64,000 nt of DNA from Rhodospirillales bacterium (lineage in GTDB: Bacteria > Pseudomonadota > Alphaproteobacteria > Bin95), in contig JAYQLI010000035.1 of NCBI GenBank assembly GCA_038143065.1, positions 256,001 to 320,000 of the forward strand. The letters are read 5' to 3'. Every line of letters begins with the position of its first letter. Position 1 is the stretch's first letter. The notes under the pieces are model-generated. The model was not told the DNA's origin. It worked only from the letters and a program-made list of their open reading frames with translations, and did not search any database. Of this stretch, positions 1-9,412 are shown in pieces. The translations under genes were made by a program, and so were the position numbers.

Positions 1-1700
1 AAACAAAACCACTCGGACATCACCATCAATATCCTGTCCGATAACTATACTTTCTAATACTTCTGGAAGCTGCTCTACTTGCCGATAAATTTCAGCTGTC
101 CCGATACGAACACCACCTGGATTTAAGGTAGCGTCGGATCGTCCGTAGATCACCAGTCCACCATTTTTTGTGAATGCAGCAAAGTCCCCATGCCGCCAAA
201 CATTTTTGTAAGTAGAATAATACGCATCAAAATACCGACTTCCGTCTGCATCATTCCAAAAACCAATAGGCATAGAAGGAAAGGGGCCCATGCAACACAG
301 CTCTCCTTTTTCGCCGATTGAAGCTCTGCTTCCATTTTCAAGAAGAGTAGCAACGTCCATGGCAAGAGCTGGAGCTTGTATTTCTCCACGCCAAACTGGT
401 TGAGTAGTGACACCACCTACAAAACACCCACAAAGGTCGGTTCCACCAGAAATAGATGCCAAACATACATCTGCTTTTACGCTCTCGTAGACGTAGTCGA
501 AGCCTTCTGGAACAAGGACAGACCCTGTTGAGAGAATTGTTTTGAGACTTTTCAGATCATGAGTTTTGGCGGGGTTTATTCCACCCTTCTGGCAACCTTC
601 TAAATACTTCGCTGAGGTTCCAAAAACATCAAATTTTTGTTCTTCCGCATAATTCCAAAGAACATTGCCATCTGGATGAAAAGGAGAACCGTCATAGAGC
701 ATTAAAGTAGCGCCCGCAGCTAAACCGCTGGCTTGCCAATTCCACATCATCCAACCCAATGTTGTGAAATAAAAAGGACGCATTCCTGGTTTCATATCAG
801 TATGCAAAATGTACTCTTTGAGGTGCTGTAATAGGACGCCGCCAGCCTTGTGCACGATACACTTTGGTGCCCCTGTAGTGCCTGAGGAGTAGAGGATATA
901 AAGAGGATGATCGAAAGGGAGATGGATGTAATCTGGAGGCGCGTCTGAATGACCTTTTAACCAATCTTCAAGCATCAACGAGTATGGAATATCAGTTATA
1001 TCCGTCTTGTCTTCTAAGAAAGGAATGACAACAATTTTTTCAAGTCCTTCAAGCTCTCCTGCAACAGTTTTGATTTTTGATCTCAAATCAATGCGTTTAC
1101 TGGCGTACACATACCCATCTACAGTTACCATCACTTTCGGTTGAACCTGTCCAAAGCGGTCCAACACACCTTGTGCACCAAAATCTGGCGAACAGGATGT
1201 CCAAGTTGCTCCAATTGCTGCGGCTCCTGCCATAATAGCAATTGCTTCTGGAATGTTTGGAAGAAACCCCGCAACTCGATCACCAGGCTGAATTCCCATC
1301 GCTACCAATGCACGAGAAACTTGTCCCGCCATGCTGACAAGTTCGTTGCCAGACATGGTTTTTTCTAAGCCGTCTTCTCTTCTGAAAATTAGGCAGGTTG
1401 TTCGTTGCAATGCCGTAAAAGGTTTTCTGCAAAATTTAATCGCGCGTCGGGGAAGTAAGAAGCGCCGGGCATTTTCTCGGCATCTATTAAAATACGCTTA
1501 CCTTTTTTTTCTGAAATGATGCCTGCCCAATCCCAGAAATCAGACCAGAATGCAGGTTGATCAGATACAGACCATGAGTGAAGCTCTGCATAGTTGGAGA
1601 AAATTCGTCTACGTTCCGTCTGCTGCCAGTCTACAAATGCTGCAAGATTGGAGGCAGAAGCACGTTCTGCTGAGGGCTGCCACATCGGTTCTAACATCAA
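1..1700 (-). CDS. acsA: acetoacetate--CoA ligase (acetoacetyl-CoA synthetase); 3' end runs off the window; one frameshift near 1390
   Basis: N-terminus 'PMWQPSAERASASNL...PDARLNFAENLL'. After a 1-nt shift (CCT GCC [C]TA ATT = P-A-L-I) the frame reads the AMP-binding loop 'ILYSSGTTGAPKCIVH', then 'ASISGGTDLCGCF', 'VWRHGD' and 'YGRSDATLNPGGVRIGTAEIY' to base 1. Confidence 0.9.
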
Positions 1701-1845
1701 ACTTTAAACTCCAACACCAGTGAATCAGTAAGCTATATCCTATTTCTAATTTGCGATCAGCTTGGAATGCGTCAGATGCATAGCGGATCGGCGTTTTTAG
1801 CCATCGCGTAAGTTATTTTTTGAAGTATGCTCGACAGCTGAGACA

Positions 1846-2791
1846 ATGACTACTAAAGTTTCTTCCTCCGCGCGAAATTCGCCCAGTTGCTGCTGCACTT
1901 TATATGCTCGGTGCATGCTCATTTTTCGCTTTCAATTCAATCTTTGTTAAACTCGCTGCCGATACCGGTCTTCATCCATTTCAAATCGCGTTTTTCAGGA
2001 ATTTTTTTGCGCTCCTTATAATTTTACCCGTTGTGCTTTCGACATCAGGTCCGCACGTTCTTATCCCTAAAAAGCCAGCTATGTTGGCTTTGCGCGGAGG
2101 TCTTAATGGTGCGTCGATGATGGCCTGGTTCTATGCCGTTCCGTTAATGGCAATCACCGATCTAACTGCCATCGGCTTTACAGCTCCAATTTGGGCGACA
2201 CTTCTAGCCGCGATATTTCTTGGCGAAAAAATGCGGCTTAGGCGTTGGAGCGCCATCTTTATTGGCATATGTGGAGCTTTACTGGTTGTTCGTCCTGGGT
2301 TTCAGGAGCTTAATTCTGCAGTCTTTCTTGTGCTTTTTTCGTCCGCGACATGGGGTGCTACTCTGATTGTAATTCGGCGCCTAACATCTTTGGAGCATAT
2401 AAACACAATTCTAGTTTATCAGGCTCTAATGATGGCAGCCATTGCCTTTTTGCCAATGCTTTTTGTCTGGGAAACGCCCAATCTGATGGGATGGTTCTGG
2501 ATGTTTGTTCTTGGCGTGTTAGCGATGGGCGCTCATTCTTTGCACGTAAGGGCATTCTCGATGCAGGAAGTTTCCGCGCTTCAACCTATAGATTTTGCGC
2601 GCTTTCCAATTGCAGCGGTTGGCGCCTTTATCATTTTGGGGGAAATGTTAAGTCCTTGGACAGCGCTAGGCGCCCTTATTGTATTTACCTCGGGAGCATA
2701 CATATCCCATCGGGAAGTAAAACTAAGAAATGAAAACACAGTCAAGGAGCCTGTGAACGGCGCTTCAATTTTAGCTAAGTCAAAACCTTAA
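1846..2791 (+). CDS. EamA/DMT family transporter; probable frameshift near 1880 (ORF track starts at 1904)
   Basis: About 10 hydrophobic segments, with 'LHPFQIAFFRN' and 'FLGEKMRLRRWSAI'. An upstream ATG at 1846 joins 'PVAAALYML' after a 1-nt shift. Confidence 0.85.
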
Positions 2792-3705
2792 TGGTTAGTC
2801 CTACAGTTTATATTGATCGACTATCTCCAATTATGCGTGCCACTGTGTATGCGTTATGCGCTGCTCTGTTTTTTTCTTTTATGGCAATTTGTATTCGCGC
2901 TGCCAGCGAGGAGTTACATCCGACGGTTATAGTTTTTTTTAGGAATATTCTTGCGTTGTTATGGATGGTGCCTTGGCTTAGTCGGGCTGGTCTTGGCGCC
3001 ATGCGAACTGATAGATTTCCATTGTTCTGCGTGCGGAGTTTACTCGGCCTTGTAGGCATGACTAGTGGATTTTGGGCTGTGACGCTTATACCAATATCCC
3101 AGGCTACAGCACTTTCCTTTTCATCACCTATTTTTGCGACTATCGGAGCCGCTCTTTTTCTAGGCGAGATTGTCCGAATTCGTCGCTGGACTGCTGTTAT
3201 TATTGGTTTTTTAGGCGCGATGATCGTTGTTTTAGGTAACAACAAGGGAATTGCCCAAATTGGCGCACTGGAACTTGGTGTTCTCCTAGCCCTGCTTAAC
3301 GCGGTAATTATGGCCTCAAATAAACTCGTTCTTAAGTCTCTCACCAGAACAGAGAGACCTGAAGCAATTGTGACATACATGGTACTGCTTCTCACGCCAC
3401 TTTCACTTTTTCCAGCACTTTTGTTTTGGTCGTGGCCGAGTTTGAACTGTGTTGTATGGCTAATAATATTGGCGTTAGTTGGAACAGTAGGCCACTTGTG
3501 CATGACTAGAGCCTTTAAGTCGGCAGACGTGACGGTTGTGCTGCCCTTTGACTTTGCTCGTTTGCCTATTTCTGCACTTCTGGCGTTCTTTATATTCGCA
3601 GAGATTCCCACATTTTGGACTGTATTGGGCGGAGCAGTAATATTCGCATCGACATTCTATATAGCTCGTCGAGAGGCAGCATTGGCACGGCTGCGCGAGA
3701 AATAA
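2791..3705 (+). CDS. EamA/DMT family transporter, tandem paralog
   Basis: 'LHPTVIVFFRN', 'FLGEIVRIRRWTAV', 'PFDFARLP'. TAATG stop/start overlap with the previous gene. Confidence 0.9.
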   Translation: MVSPTVYIDRLSPIMRATVYALCAALFFSFMAICIRAASEELHPTVIVFFRNILALLWMVPWLSRAGLGAMRTDRFPLFCVRSLLGLVGMTSGFWAVTLIPISQATALSFSSPIFATIGAALFLGEIVRIRRWTAVIIGFLGAMIVVLGNNKGIAQIGALELGVLLALLNAVIMASNKLVLKSLTRTERPEAIVTYMVLLLTPLSLFPALLFWSWPSLNCVVWLIILALVGTVGHLCMTRAFKSADVTVVLPFDFARLPISALLAFFIFAEIPTFWTVLGGAVIFASTFYIARREAALARLREK

Positions 3706-3787
3706 GAAATTTGATTATCCCCTTTTCAGACTGACTTGTTCATGCAGTAATTGCTTTCTTGAGTAATAAGAAAGCAGGGGATTTAAT

Positions 3788-5056
3788 ATGACATTAGCAT
3801 CAGTTTCAGAGTTCGATGCTGACTCTCCTAAATTTTTGCGTGGCAAATATGCCATATGTGGGATTGGTGAAACTACTTACCGTCGTGGATCAGAGGAATC
3901 GACACGCAGTCTTGCAACCTGGGCCATAAAAAATGCCATGGATGATGCCGGGATTGGGCCGTCTGATATCGATGGCATGCTTTCTTATTCAGGAAATGAC
4001 TCTGTGCATGCTCCTTGGGTCGCAGGAGATCTCGGAATACGTCTAAATTTCTACATGGATGTTCATGGGGGAGGCTCATCCACTGAGGCTCTCATTGGAA
4101 TTGCCATAGGTGTGATTGAAGCTGGCATGTGCAAGACCGTTGCAATTTACAGGGCTATGAATGGTTATAGTCAGGTGCGTATCGGGGGAACTGGAGCCCG
4201 TTCTGCGGTTCCAATAGTTGGTGACCAAATTCATAATAGGGCTTATGGCTGGCAATCAGCGGGGCAGATGTTTGCCCCTACTTTTCTGCGCCACATGTAT
4301 GATTACGGAACTACTCCGGAGCAAGTTGCAGCTGTAAAAGTAGCTCATTCAAAACACGCGTCTAACAATCCCAAAGCCTACTATAAAAATAGGGTGACGA
4401 TTGAAGACGTAGTTAACTCGCGCATTATTTGTAAGCCCCTGCATTTGCTCGATTGCTGTGTCGAAACAGATAACGCAACCTGTATTATTGTAACCAGAAT
4501 TGATCGTGCTAGAGACTGTAAAAATCCTCCGGCTGTAATTCAATCAGTTGTCGGTCGATGCTGCAAACCCAGAATTGATATGCACTATCAACATGGACCA
4601 ATCTCAACCGTTGCTGGTCATTATGCAAAGAACATTCTCTGGCCCAATGCAGGGTTAGGCCCAGAGGATGTCGATGTTACAGGCTCTTATGACGCCTTTA
4701 CTTTCACTACCATGCTGCAACTTGAGGATTACGGTTTTTGTAAAAAGGGCGAAGGTGGTGATTATGTCTCCTCGGGAGCCATCGAGCTTGGAGGGATGCG
4801 CCCTAACAATACGTCAGGTGGGCATCTATGTGAGGGCTACACCCACGGTATGAACATGGTGATCGAAAATACCCGACAACTTCGAGGGGAAGTAGATGAC
4901 AGCTGTCCGGTTGGTCCAGATGGTAAGCGCCAACATACCCACGATTACAGCGAGGGAGGCTGTCGTCAGGTCAAGGATGTAGAGGTGACGGCTAATCTCG
5001 GGTGGGCAATGCCCGGAACTGGTTCTGCCATGGTTATGGCTAAAGACTCGCGCTGA
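3788..5056 (+). CDS. thiolase-fold protein of SCP2/Ltp2 type lacking the nucleophilic Cys
   Basis: 'AICGIGET', 'HASNNPKA', 'PLHLLDCCVETD', 'YDAFT', 'NTSGGHLCEGYTHG'. 'HGGGSS' sits at the usual catalytic-Cys position. A DUF35 gene is adjacent. Confidence 0.85.
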   Translation: MTLASVSEFDADSPKFLRGKYAICGIGETTYRRGSEESTRSLATWAIKNAMDDAGIGPSDIDGMLSYSGNDSVHAPWVAGDLGIRLNFYMDVHGGGSSTEALIGIAIGVIEAGMCKTVAIYRAMNGYSQVRIGGTGARSAVPIVGDQIHNRAYGWQSAGQMFAPTFLRHMYDYGTTPEQVAAVKVAHSKHASNNPKAYYKNRVTIEDVVNSRIICKPLHLLDCCVETDNATCIIVTRIDRARDCKNPPAVIQSVVGRCCKPRIDMHYQHGPISTVAGHYAKNILWPNAGLGPEDVDVTGSYDAFTFTTMLQLEDYGFCKKGEGGDYVSSGAIELGGMRPNNTSGGHLCEGYTHGMNMVIENTRQLRGEVDDSCPVGPDGKRQHTHDYSEGGCRQVKDVEVTANLGWAMPGTGSAMVMAKDSR

Positions 5057-5069
5057 AGGGAAAATAGAT

Positions 5070-5591
5070 ATGCCAATCGTTGGTGAATATATGGGTATGG
5101 CTCTTACTATTGATGATCAAGATAAGGAAAATCACGAATTCTTTAGCTGGTGCGCGGCAGGTGAATTCCGGCTGCAAAGGGGTAAGCAGTCAGGATTGTT
5201 ACGCTATCCACCAACCACAGCATGTCCTTGGACGACTGATCGAGATTATGATTGGGTGCCGGTTGAAGGGAAAGGAACTGTACATTCATATGTTGAAGTT
5301 CATCATCCCATTCAACCAGCCTTCCAAGACAAGGTTCCCTATATGATTTTGTTAGTTGACCTTGATACCCAGAAGGGGGAACCATCCGAGCATGAAGCTA
5401 TCCGGGTTGCTGGAAACCTGGTTTCTCCAGACGGTGAATTTGCAGCGTCTGAAATTATAAGATCTGTCGGGATTGGTACCCGGGTCAGAATGGTTTTTAA
5501 GGAAGTCACTGAAGGATTTTCGCTTCCCCATTGGACGATCGACCTCGATGCAAATCAGCCAGATAGCCCCTGGCGTTACCCTCAGGAGTAA
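5070..5591 (+). CDS. DUF35 (Zn-ribbon/OB-fold) thiolase partner protein
   Basis: 'FRLQR...RYPPTTACP', 'WVPVEGKGTVHSY', 'VPYMILLVDL', 'IGTRVRMVF'. Lies directly downstream of the thiolase-fold gene. Confidence 0.85.
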   Translation: MPIVGEYMGMALTIDDQDKENHEFFSWCAAGEFRLQRGKQSGLLRYPPTTACPWTTDRDYDWVPVEGKGTVHSYVEVHHPIQPAFQDKVPYMILLVDLDTQKGEPSEHEAIRVAGNLVSPDGEFAASEIIRSVGIGTRVRMVFKEVTEGFSLPHWTIDLDANQPDSPWRYPQE

Positions 5592-5594
5592 TAC

Positions 5595-6229
5595 ATGTCC
5601 GGAGATCCAGTTTACCAGCGCCAAAATTTCGGTAATTCCGTTGGTTTTGGTTCGCGGCCAGCGCTGTTGTTAGTGGATTTTCAGGTTGGTTTTGTCGATC
5701 CAGATGTGTTTGGAGGGGGGAACATTAAACAGGCAGTATCAAATACACAAAGTTTATTGGCTGGAATGAGGGATATTGGGGCACCCATTGCCTACACAAG
5801 AGCTGTCTTTGATAAAGCTCTGCAGATGGTGGTACCTTCGCCATGAAAGTGCCTGGACTTTATGAACTTGAGGATACTGCTTCGATAAGCCAGATAACAC
5901 CAGAGTTAGCCCCCCATCGAGGGGAATTAGTGCTGAAAAAGATAGGCCCCTCAGCTTTCTTCTCGACCCCTTTAATGAGTTGGCTTGTCAAGCATTCTGT
6001 AGATACTTTGATAATAACAGGGGCAACTACTTCAGGCTGTGTGCGAGCGAGTGTTGTTGATAGTTGCTCATATGCTTTACGCACTATTGTTGCCACTGAC
6101 TGTTGTGGCGATCGGGCGATCGAACCGCACGAGGCAAATCTTTTTGACATGGGGCAAAAATATGCTGATTTAATGACGGGTGACGAAGCGCTTTCTATGG
6201 CGAGAGCTGCATTTGCCACTAATCATTGA
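5595..6229 (+). CDS. isochorismatase-family cysteine amidohydrolase (maleamate amidase NicF / N-carbamoylsarcosine amidase-like); frameshift near 5818
   Basis: 'YQRQNFG...ALLLVDFQVGFVDPDVFGGGNI' joins 'KKIGPSAFF...GATTSGCVRASVVD'. The Asp/Lys/Cys triad is present across the two ORF pieces. Confidence 0.8.
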
Positions 6230-6232
6230 GAG

Positions 6233-7312
6233 TCACTCAAGCTTATAGGTATTTATTCCCAATTCTTCTCGAAAACCTGCGCTAATTTCTGCCTTTTGGT
6301 CTTCAAGAGGAATTCCTGTTGCATCTGCAATTTTTACGACGGCCTGAAATATCGCAATTACTGCGGATGCATCCACCATAGCTGCATGGCCTAGGGTATC
6401 TGCGACTGTTTGCCTTCGTAGGGCTAGGTCAGGGGGTTCAGCCACGGCAGCATCGGCGTAGGCGAGCAAAATTTGCCCGAAAGGCACACCACTTTGAGTG
6501 TCCTTATCAATGACTGCAGCGTCTGCAAAAACCTTTCCAGCATGGAGGCCACTCCCACGGAGCAGAACAATATGGCTGGTTGTTCAGTATAAACATCGAT
6601 TGAGTGCAGAAACTCGTGCAGCAAGAAGTTCTATCTGAGAGTGAGAAATTGCCCTGGTTTCTAAGTCAAAGCGGCGGAGTAGTGCATCTGGTAAATACAT
6701 GGCATCGTCTAGATCAAAGAAGCCAGAAACGCTTGCTGGAACTAAGCTTAAAGCTTGATGAATATGAGCGCCGCCTCTTCCTTTATACATTTCGAATGCA
6801 GCTGCCGGATCGTTTTTACCTAGTTCGTGTGGTTTTACCGTTGGTACCCATGCATCAGATACATATGCAGAGGGCACTGTTTCTTGTAATGGTCGTCCAG
6901 GCTTTGGAGTGGGTAGCTCACGCAGTACTATGCCCATAGCAGTATGAAATCGATCAACAGCAATAGTTTCAGCAATAACACCGACGGTTTCAACGTATTG
7001 CTCTACTGTGAGGATGCTTGGCACGATACTATGGAACCATCGCTTGGTGAGACGATCGGCATCTGTGGTAATGCGATGGATAGTGTCAACCCAGCCGGAC
7101 TTAAGAGGTGATGCGCTAGAATGCGGGCCGACTTCAGTTTCAGGCGATAGAGCATTTTTTCTTTCCGCGCAGGCCGAGCAATGCCTGGCAGACCTAGTTT
7201 CACTTGCTATATAAACTCGCTCTTCGGCAGTGAGCCAAGTGCCTGCACGGCCCAGGCGATCCCAAGCGCGATCATGAGCCTCAGTTAAATCCTGGCGAAT
7301 TTCAGGTTCCAC
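6233..7312 (-). CDS. AhpD/alkylhydroperoxidase-related selenoprotein, about 359 aa, with in-frame UGA at 6584-6586
   Basis: ORF 6584..7312 ends 'QIELLAARVSALNRCLY-TGA' and reads on without a stop as 'TTSHIVLLRGSGLHAGKVF...' in the frame of ORF 6233..6487 (32 codons between). The result is CxxU..H, typical of AhpD-like proteins, with a SECIS-like hairpin after the UGA. Confidence 0.8.
6537..6583 (-). promoter_or_regulatory. putative bacterial SECIS element
   Basis: mRNA after the UGA: ACAACCAGCCAUAUUGUU-CUGCUCC-GUG-GGAGUGG-CCUCCAUGCUGG. It has a 7-bp upper stem including G-U pairs, a GU-containing apical loop starting 26 nt after the UGA, and lower CCAG/CUGG and CAU/AUG pairing. Confidence 0.6.
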
Positions 7313-7397
7313 TTCTAGTCTCCTTAATCAGCTTGATGATAAGCTAATGCATTATCATTTAACTTTGCAATTTAGCTGCAGTTAAGTTTGGTTTCTT

Positions 7398-8318
7398 ATG
7401 AAAACTACGTCCTCGGCTGGGCGGATTGAAGGCAGAACAATCGTAGGTATTGCGTTGATGCTGCTGGCAATCGCGCTTTTTTCTTGTCTGAATGGTTCGG
7501 TCAAATGGCTGACACAGGACTTTGATCCTTTAATGGTTGTTTGGGCACGAAATGTAGGTGCTTTCACATTTATGCTTGTAGCATTTTTCCCAAAATATGG
7601 CTTCACCCTATTCCGCCCGAAGAGACCTGTGACTCAATTAGTTCGCGGTATTTTTCTGCTTGGTTCATCTATGCTCTATTTTTTTGGGCTCTCATATATG
7701 GATATGGCAACGGGGGCTGCTATCCAGCTCACTGGTCCTTTGATGGTTACAGCATTATCCGTGCCTCTGTTGGGTGAACAGGTAGGTTGGCGGCGCTGGA
7801 TGGCAGTGATAATTGGATTTGTAGGGGCCTTAATCATAATCCGCCCTGGATTTGATATGCGTTGGGCGGCGCTTCTTTTTCTTGCAAGTGCAAGTTGCTC
7901 AACTTTTTATGCAATCACTACTCGCTATCTTTCAAACTATGACAATCCGGCAACAGCTGCCACTGTTGCTGCTGCAGTTGGCGTGATCGTCATTTCGCCC
8001 TTAGTTCCATTTTTTTGGGAGACACCATCAGGGATTCTGCCAATTTCCCTTTTCGTGTTGGTAGGTGTTTTAGCTGGTTTAGGACATTTTTTGTTAACAA
8101 GCGCATATGGTTACGCGGGTGCATCAACATTGGCCCCATTCAGTTACGCTCATCTATTGGGTGCTACATTAATAGGGCTCATTGTATTTGATGATTTTCC
8201 AGATTTCTGGACGTGTGTAGGAGCATCTATAATTGTACTTGCGGGCTTGTATGTTGCTCACAGAGAACGTCTTAAAATCAGGGAAGAAGCTGTTTCGCGT
8301 GAAATGAAATCACATTAA
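7398..8318 (+). CDS. EamA/DMT family transporter
   Basis: 'LLGEQVGWRRWMAV', 'ASTLAPFSY', about 10 TM segments. Confidence 0.9.
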   Translation: MKTTSSAGRIEGRTIVGIALMLLAIALFSCLNGSVKWLTQDFDPLMVVWARNVGAFTFMLVAFFPKYGFTLFRPKRPVTQLVRGIFLLGSSMLYFFGLSYMDMATGAAIQLTGPLMVTALSVPLLGEQVGWRRWMAVIIGFVGALIIIRPGFDMRWAALLFLASASCSTFYAITTRYLSNYDNPATAATVAAAVGVIVISPLVPFFWETPSGILPISLFVLVGVLAGLGHFLLTSAYGYAGASTLAPFSYAHLLGATLIGLIVFDDFPDFWTCVGASIIVLAGLYVAHRERLKIREEAVSREMKSH

Positions 8319-8328
8319 AGTTTTGATT

Positions 8329-9219
8329 ATGAAAGCTTTTGAAAGACAGTATGAACGGTCTGATGCCACCAGTGTTTTTATTGATGTAGAGCGTGCAGTT
8401 ACGCTTACAGCACCACCTGAGCAGACAATACCAGTTGTTGTTGCTTCACCGCATTCGGGTAATAGGTATCCGCGTGACCTACTGCAGGCGTCCAAATTAG
8501 ATCCTTCTTCGTTAAGAAAATCTGAAGATGCACACGTAAATACTTTATTCAGTGGAGCTAATAGTGTTGGGGCGCCTTTACTGGCGGCGGAATTTCCTCG
8601 CGCTTATGTAGATGTAAATCGGGAGCCATACGAATTAGATCCATCTATGTTCGATGCTCCTCTACCTCCTTATGCAATAACGCGTTCCCCCCGGGTGGCG
8701 GCGGGATTGGGGTCAATTCCTCGGATTGTTTCTGCGGGCATTGAAATTTACGCGCGCAGATTGAGCTTTGCAGAAGCTTCTGCTCGATTAAATGCTTGCT
8801 ACAAACCGTATCACAATGCTTTACGACGACTGGTACGTTCAACTCATGCCAAGTTCGAGAATTGTGTATTGATAGATGCACATTCCATGCCAACGGCAGG
8901 ACTATCTATAAGAGACGATCTTGGAGGGCCGATAGACATTGTCATTGGCGATAATCATGGTAAGGCATGCCACTCTCAATATAGTGAAGCGGCAATCTCA
9001 TATTTTAGAGATTTAGGATACGCTGTTATTTTGAATGATCCATATTCAGGAGGTTTTGTTACACAGTCTTACAGTGACCCTGAACGCAATATTCATGTTT
9101 TACAGGTTGAAATAAATAGATCGCTTTATATGGACGAGATGACTTATGAGACAAACTCGTACTTTCCAAAACTAACAGACCACATAACAGGTTTTATATC
9201 TGAAATTGCATCCATTTAA
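8329..9219 (+). CDS. N-formylglutamate amidohydrolase family protein
   Basis: 'ASPHSG', 'SED', 'FPRAYVDVNRE', 'YKPYHNAL', 'DAHSMP', 'NDPYSGG', 'LQVEINRSLYMDE'. Confidence 0.9.
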   Translation: MKAFERQYERSDATSVFIDVERAVTLTAPPEQTIPVVVASPHSGNRYPRDLLQASKLDPSSLRKSEDAHVNTLFSGANSVGAPLLAAEFPRAYVDVNREPYELDPSMFDAPLPPYAITRSPRVAAGLGSIPRIVSAGIEIYARRLSFAEASARLNACYKPYHNALRRLVRSTHAKFENCVLIDAHSMPTAGLSIRDDLGGPIDIVIGDNHGKACHSQYSEAAISYFRDLGYAVILNDPYSGGFVTQSYSDPERNIHVLQVEINRSLYMDEMTYETNSYFPKLTDHITGFISEIASI

Positions 9220-9248
9220 GTGTTTTGAAGATGCAATAAAAGCTTTCG

Positions 9249-9278
9249 AAAAAAGAGGGCCGCAAACAAGTGCGGCCC
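9249..9278 (-). terminator. Rho-independent terminator of the sRNA
   Basis: 8-bp GC-rich stem GGGCCGCA/TGCGGCCC followed by TCTTTTTT on the minus strand. Confidence 0.8.
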
Positions 9279-9330
9279 AAATTTAGGAGGAAACGCCCAA
9301 GAAAGGGCGGAGAAACAAACTAAAGTTTCA
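9249..9330 (-). ncRNA. mmgR: suhB / MmgR (alpha-r8)-family small RNA; 5' end approximate
   Basis: Minus strand reads CCCTTTCTTGGGCGTTTCCTCCTAAATTT-GGGCCGCA-CTTGTT-TGCGGCCC-TCTTTTTT, i.e. the family's TTGGGYGTTTCCTCC anti-SD core plus a terminator. It is convergent with the N-formylglutamate amidohydrolase gene, as I recall for rhizobial mmgR. Confidence 0.75.
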
Positions 9331-9345
9331 TAAACTTTATATGAT

Positions 9346-9379
9346 ATGGTGCGGTGCACAAATCAAGTGCTGCAGTGCA
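9346..9379 (-). promoter_or_regulatory. tandem PhaR/AniA-like TGC-N3-GCA boxes and TTGTGCA heptamer in the sRNA promoter
   Basis: TGCGGTGCA at 9350-9358 and TGCAGTGCA at 9371-9379. Minus-strand TTGTGCA at 9355-9361. Confidence 0.6.
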
Positions 9380-9412
9380 AAAAATAAAGTTTTTTTGTAT
9401 TTTTTTACGAAC

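Noticed and set aside
2808-3611. Long antisense ORFs (267 aa here; also 39185-39796 and 62155-62679)
   Set aside because: Shadow frames of well-supported genes with no recognisable motifs.
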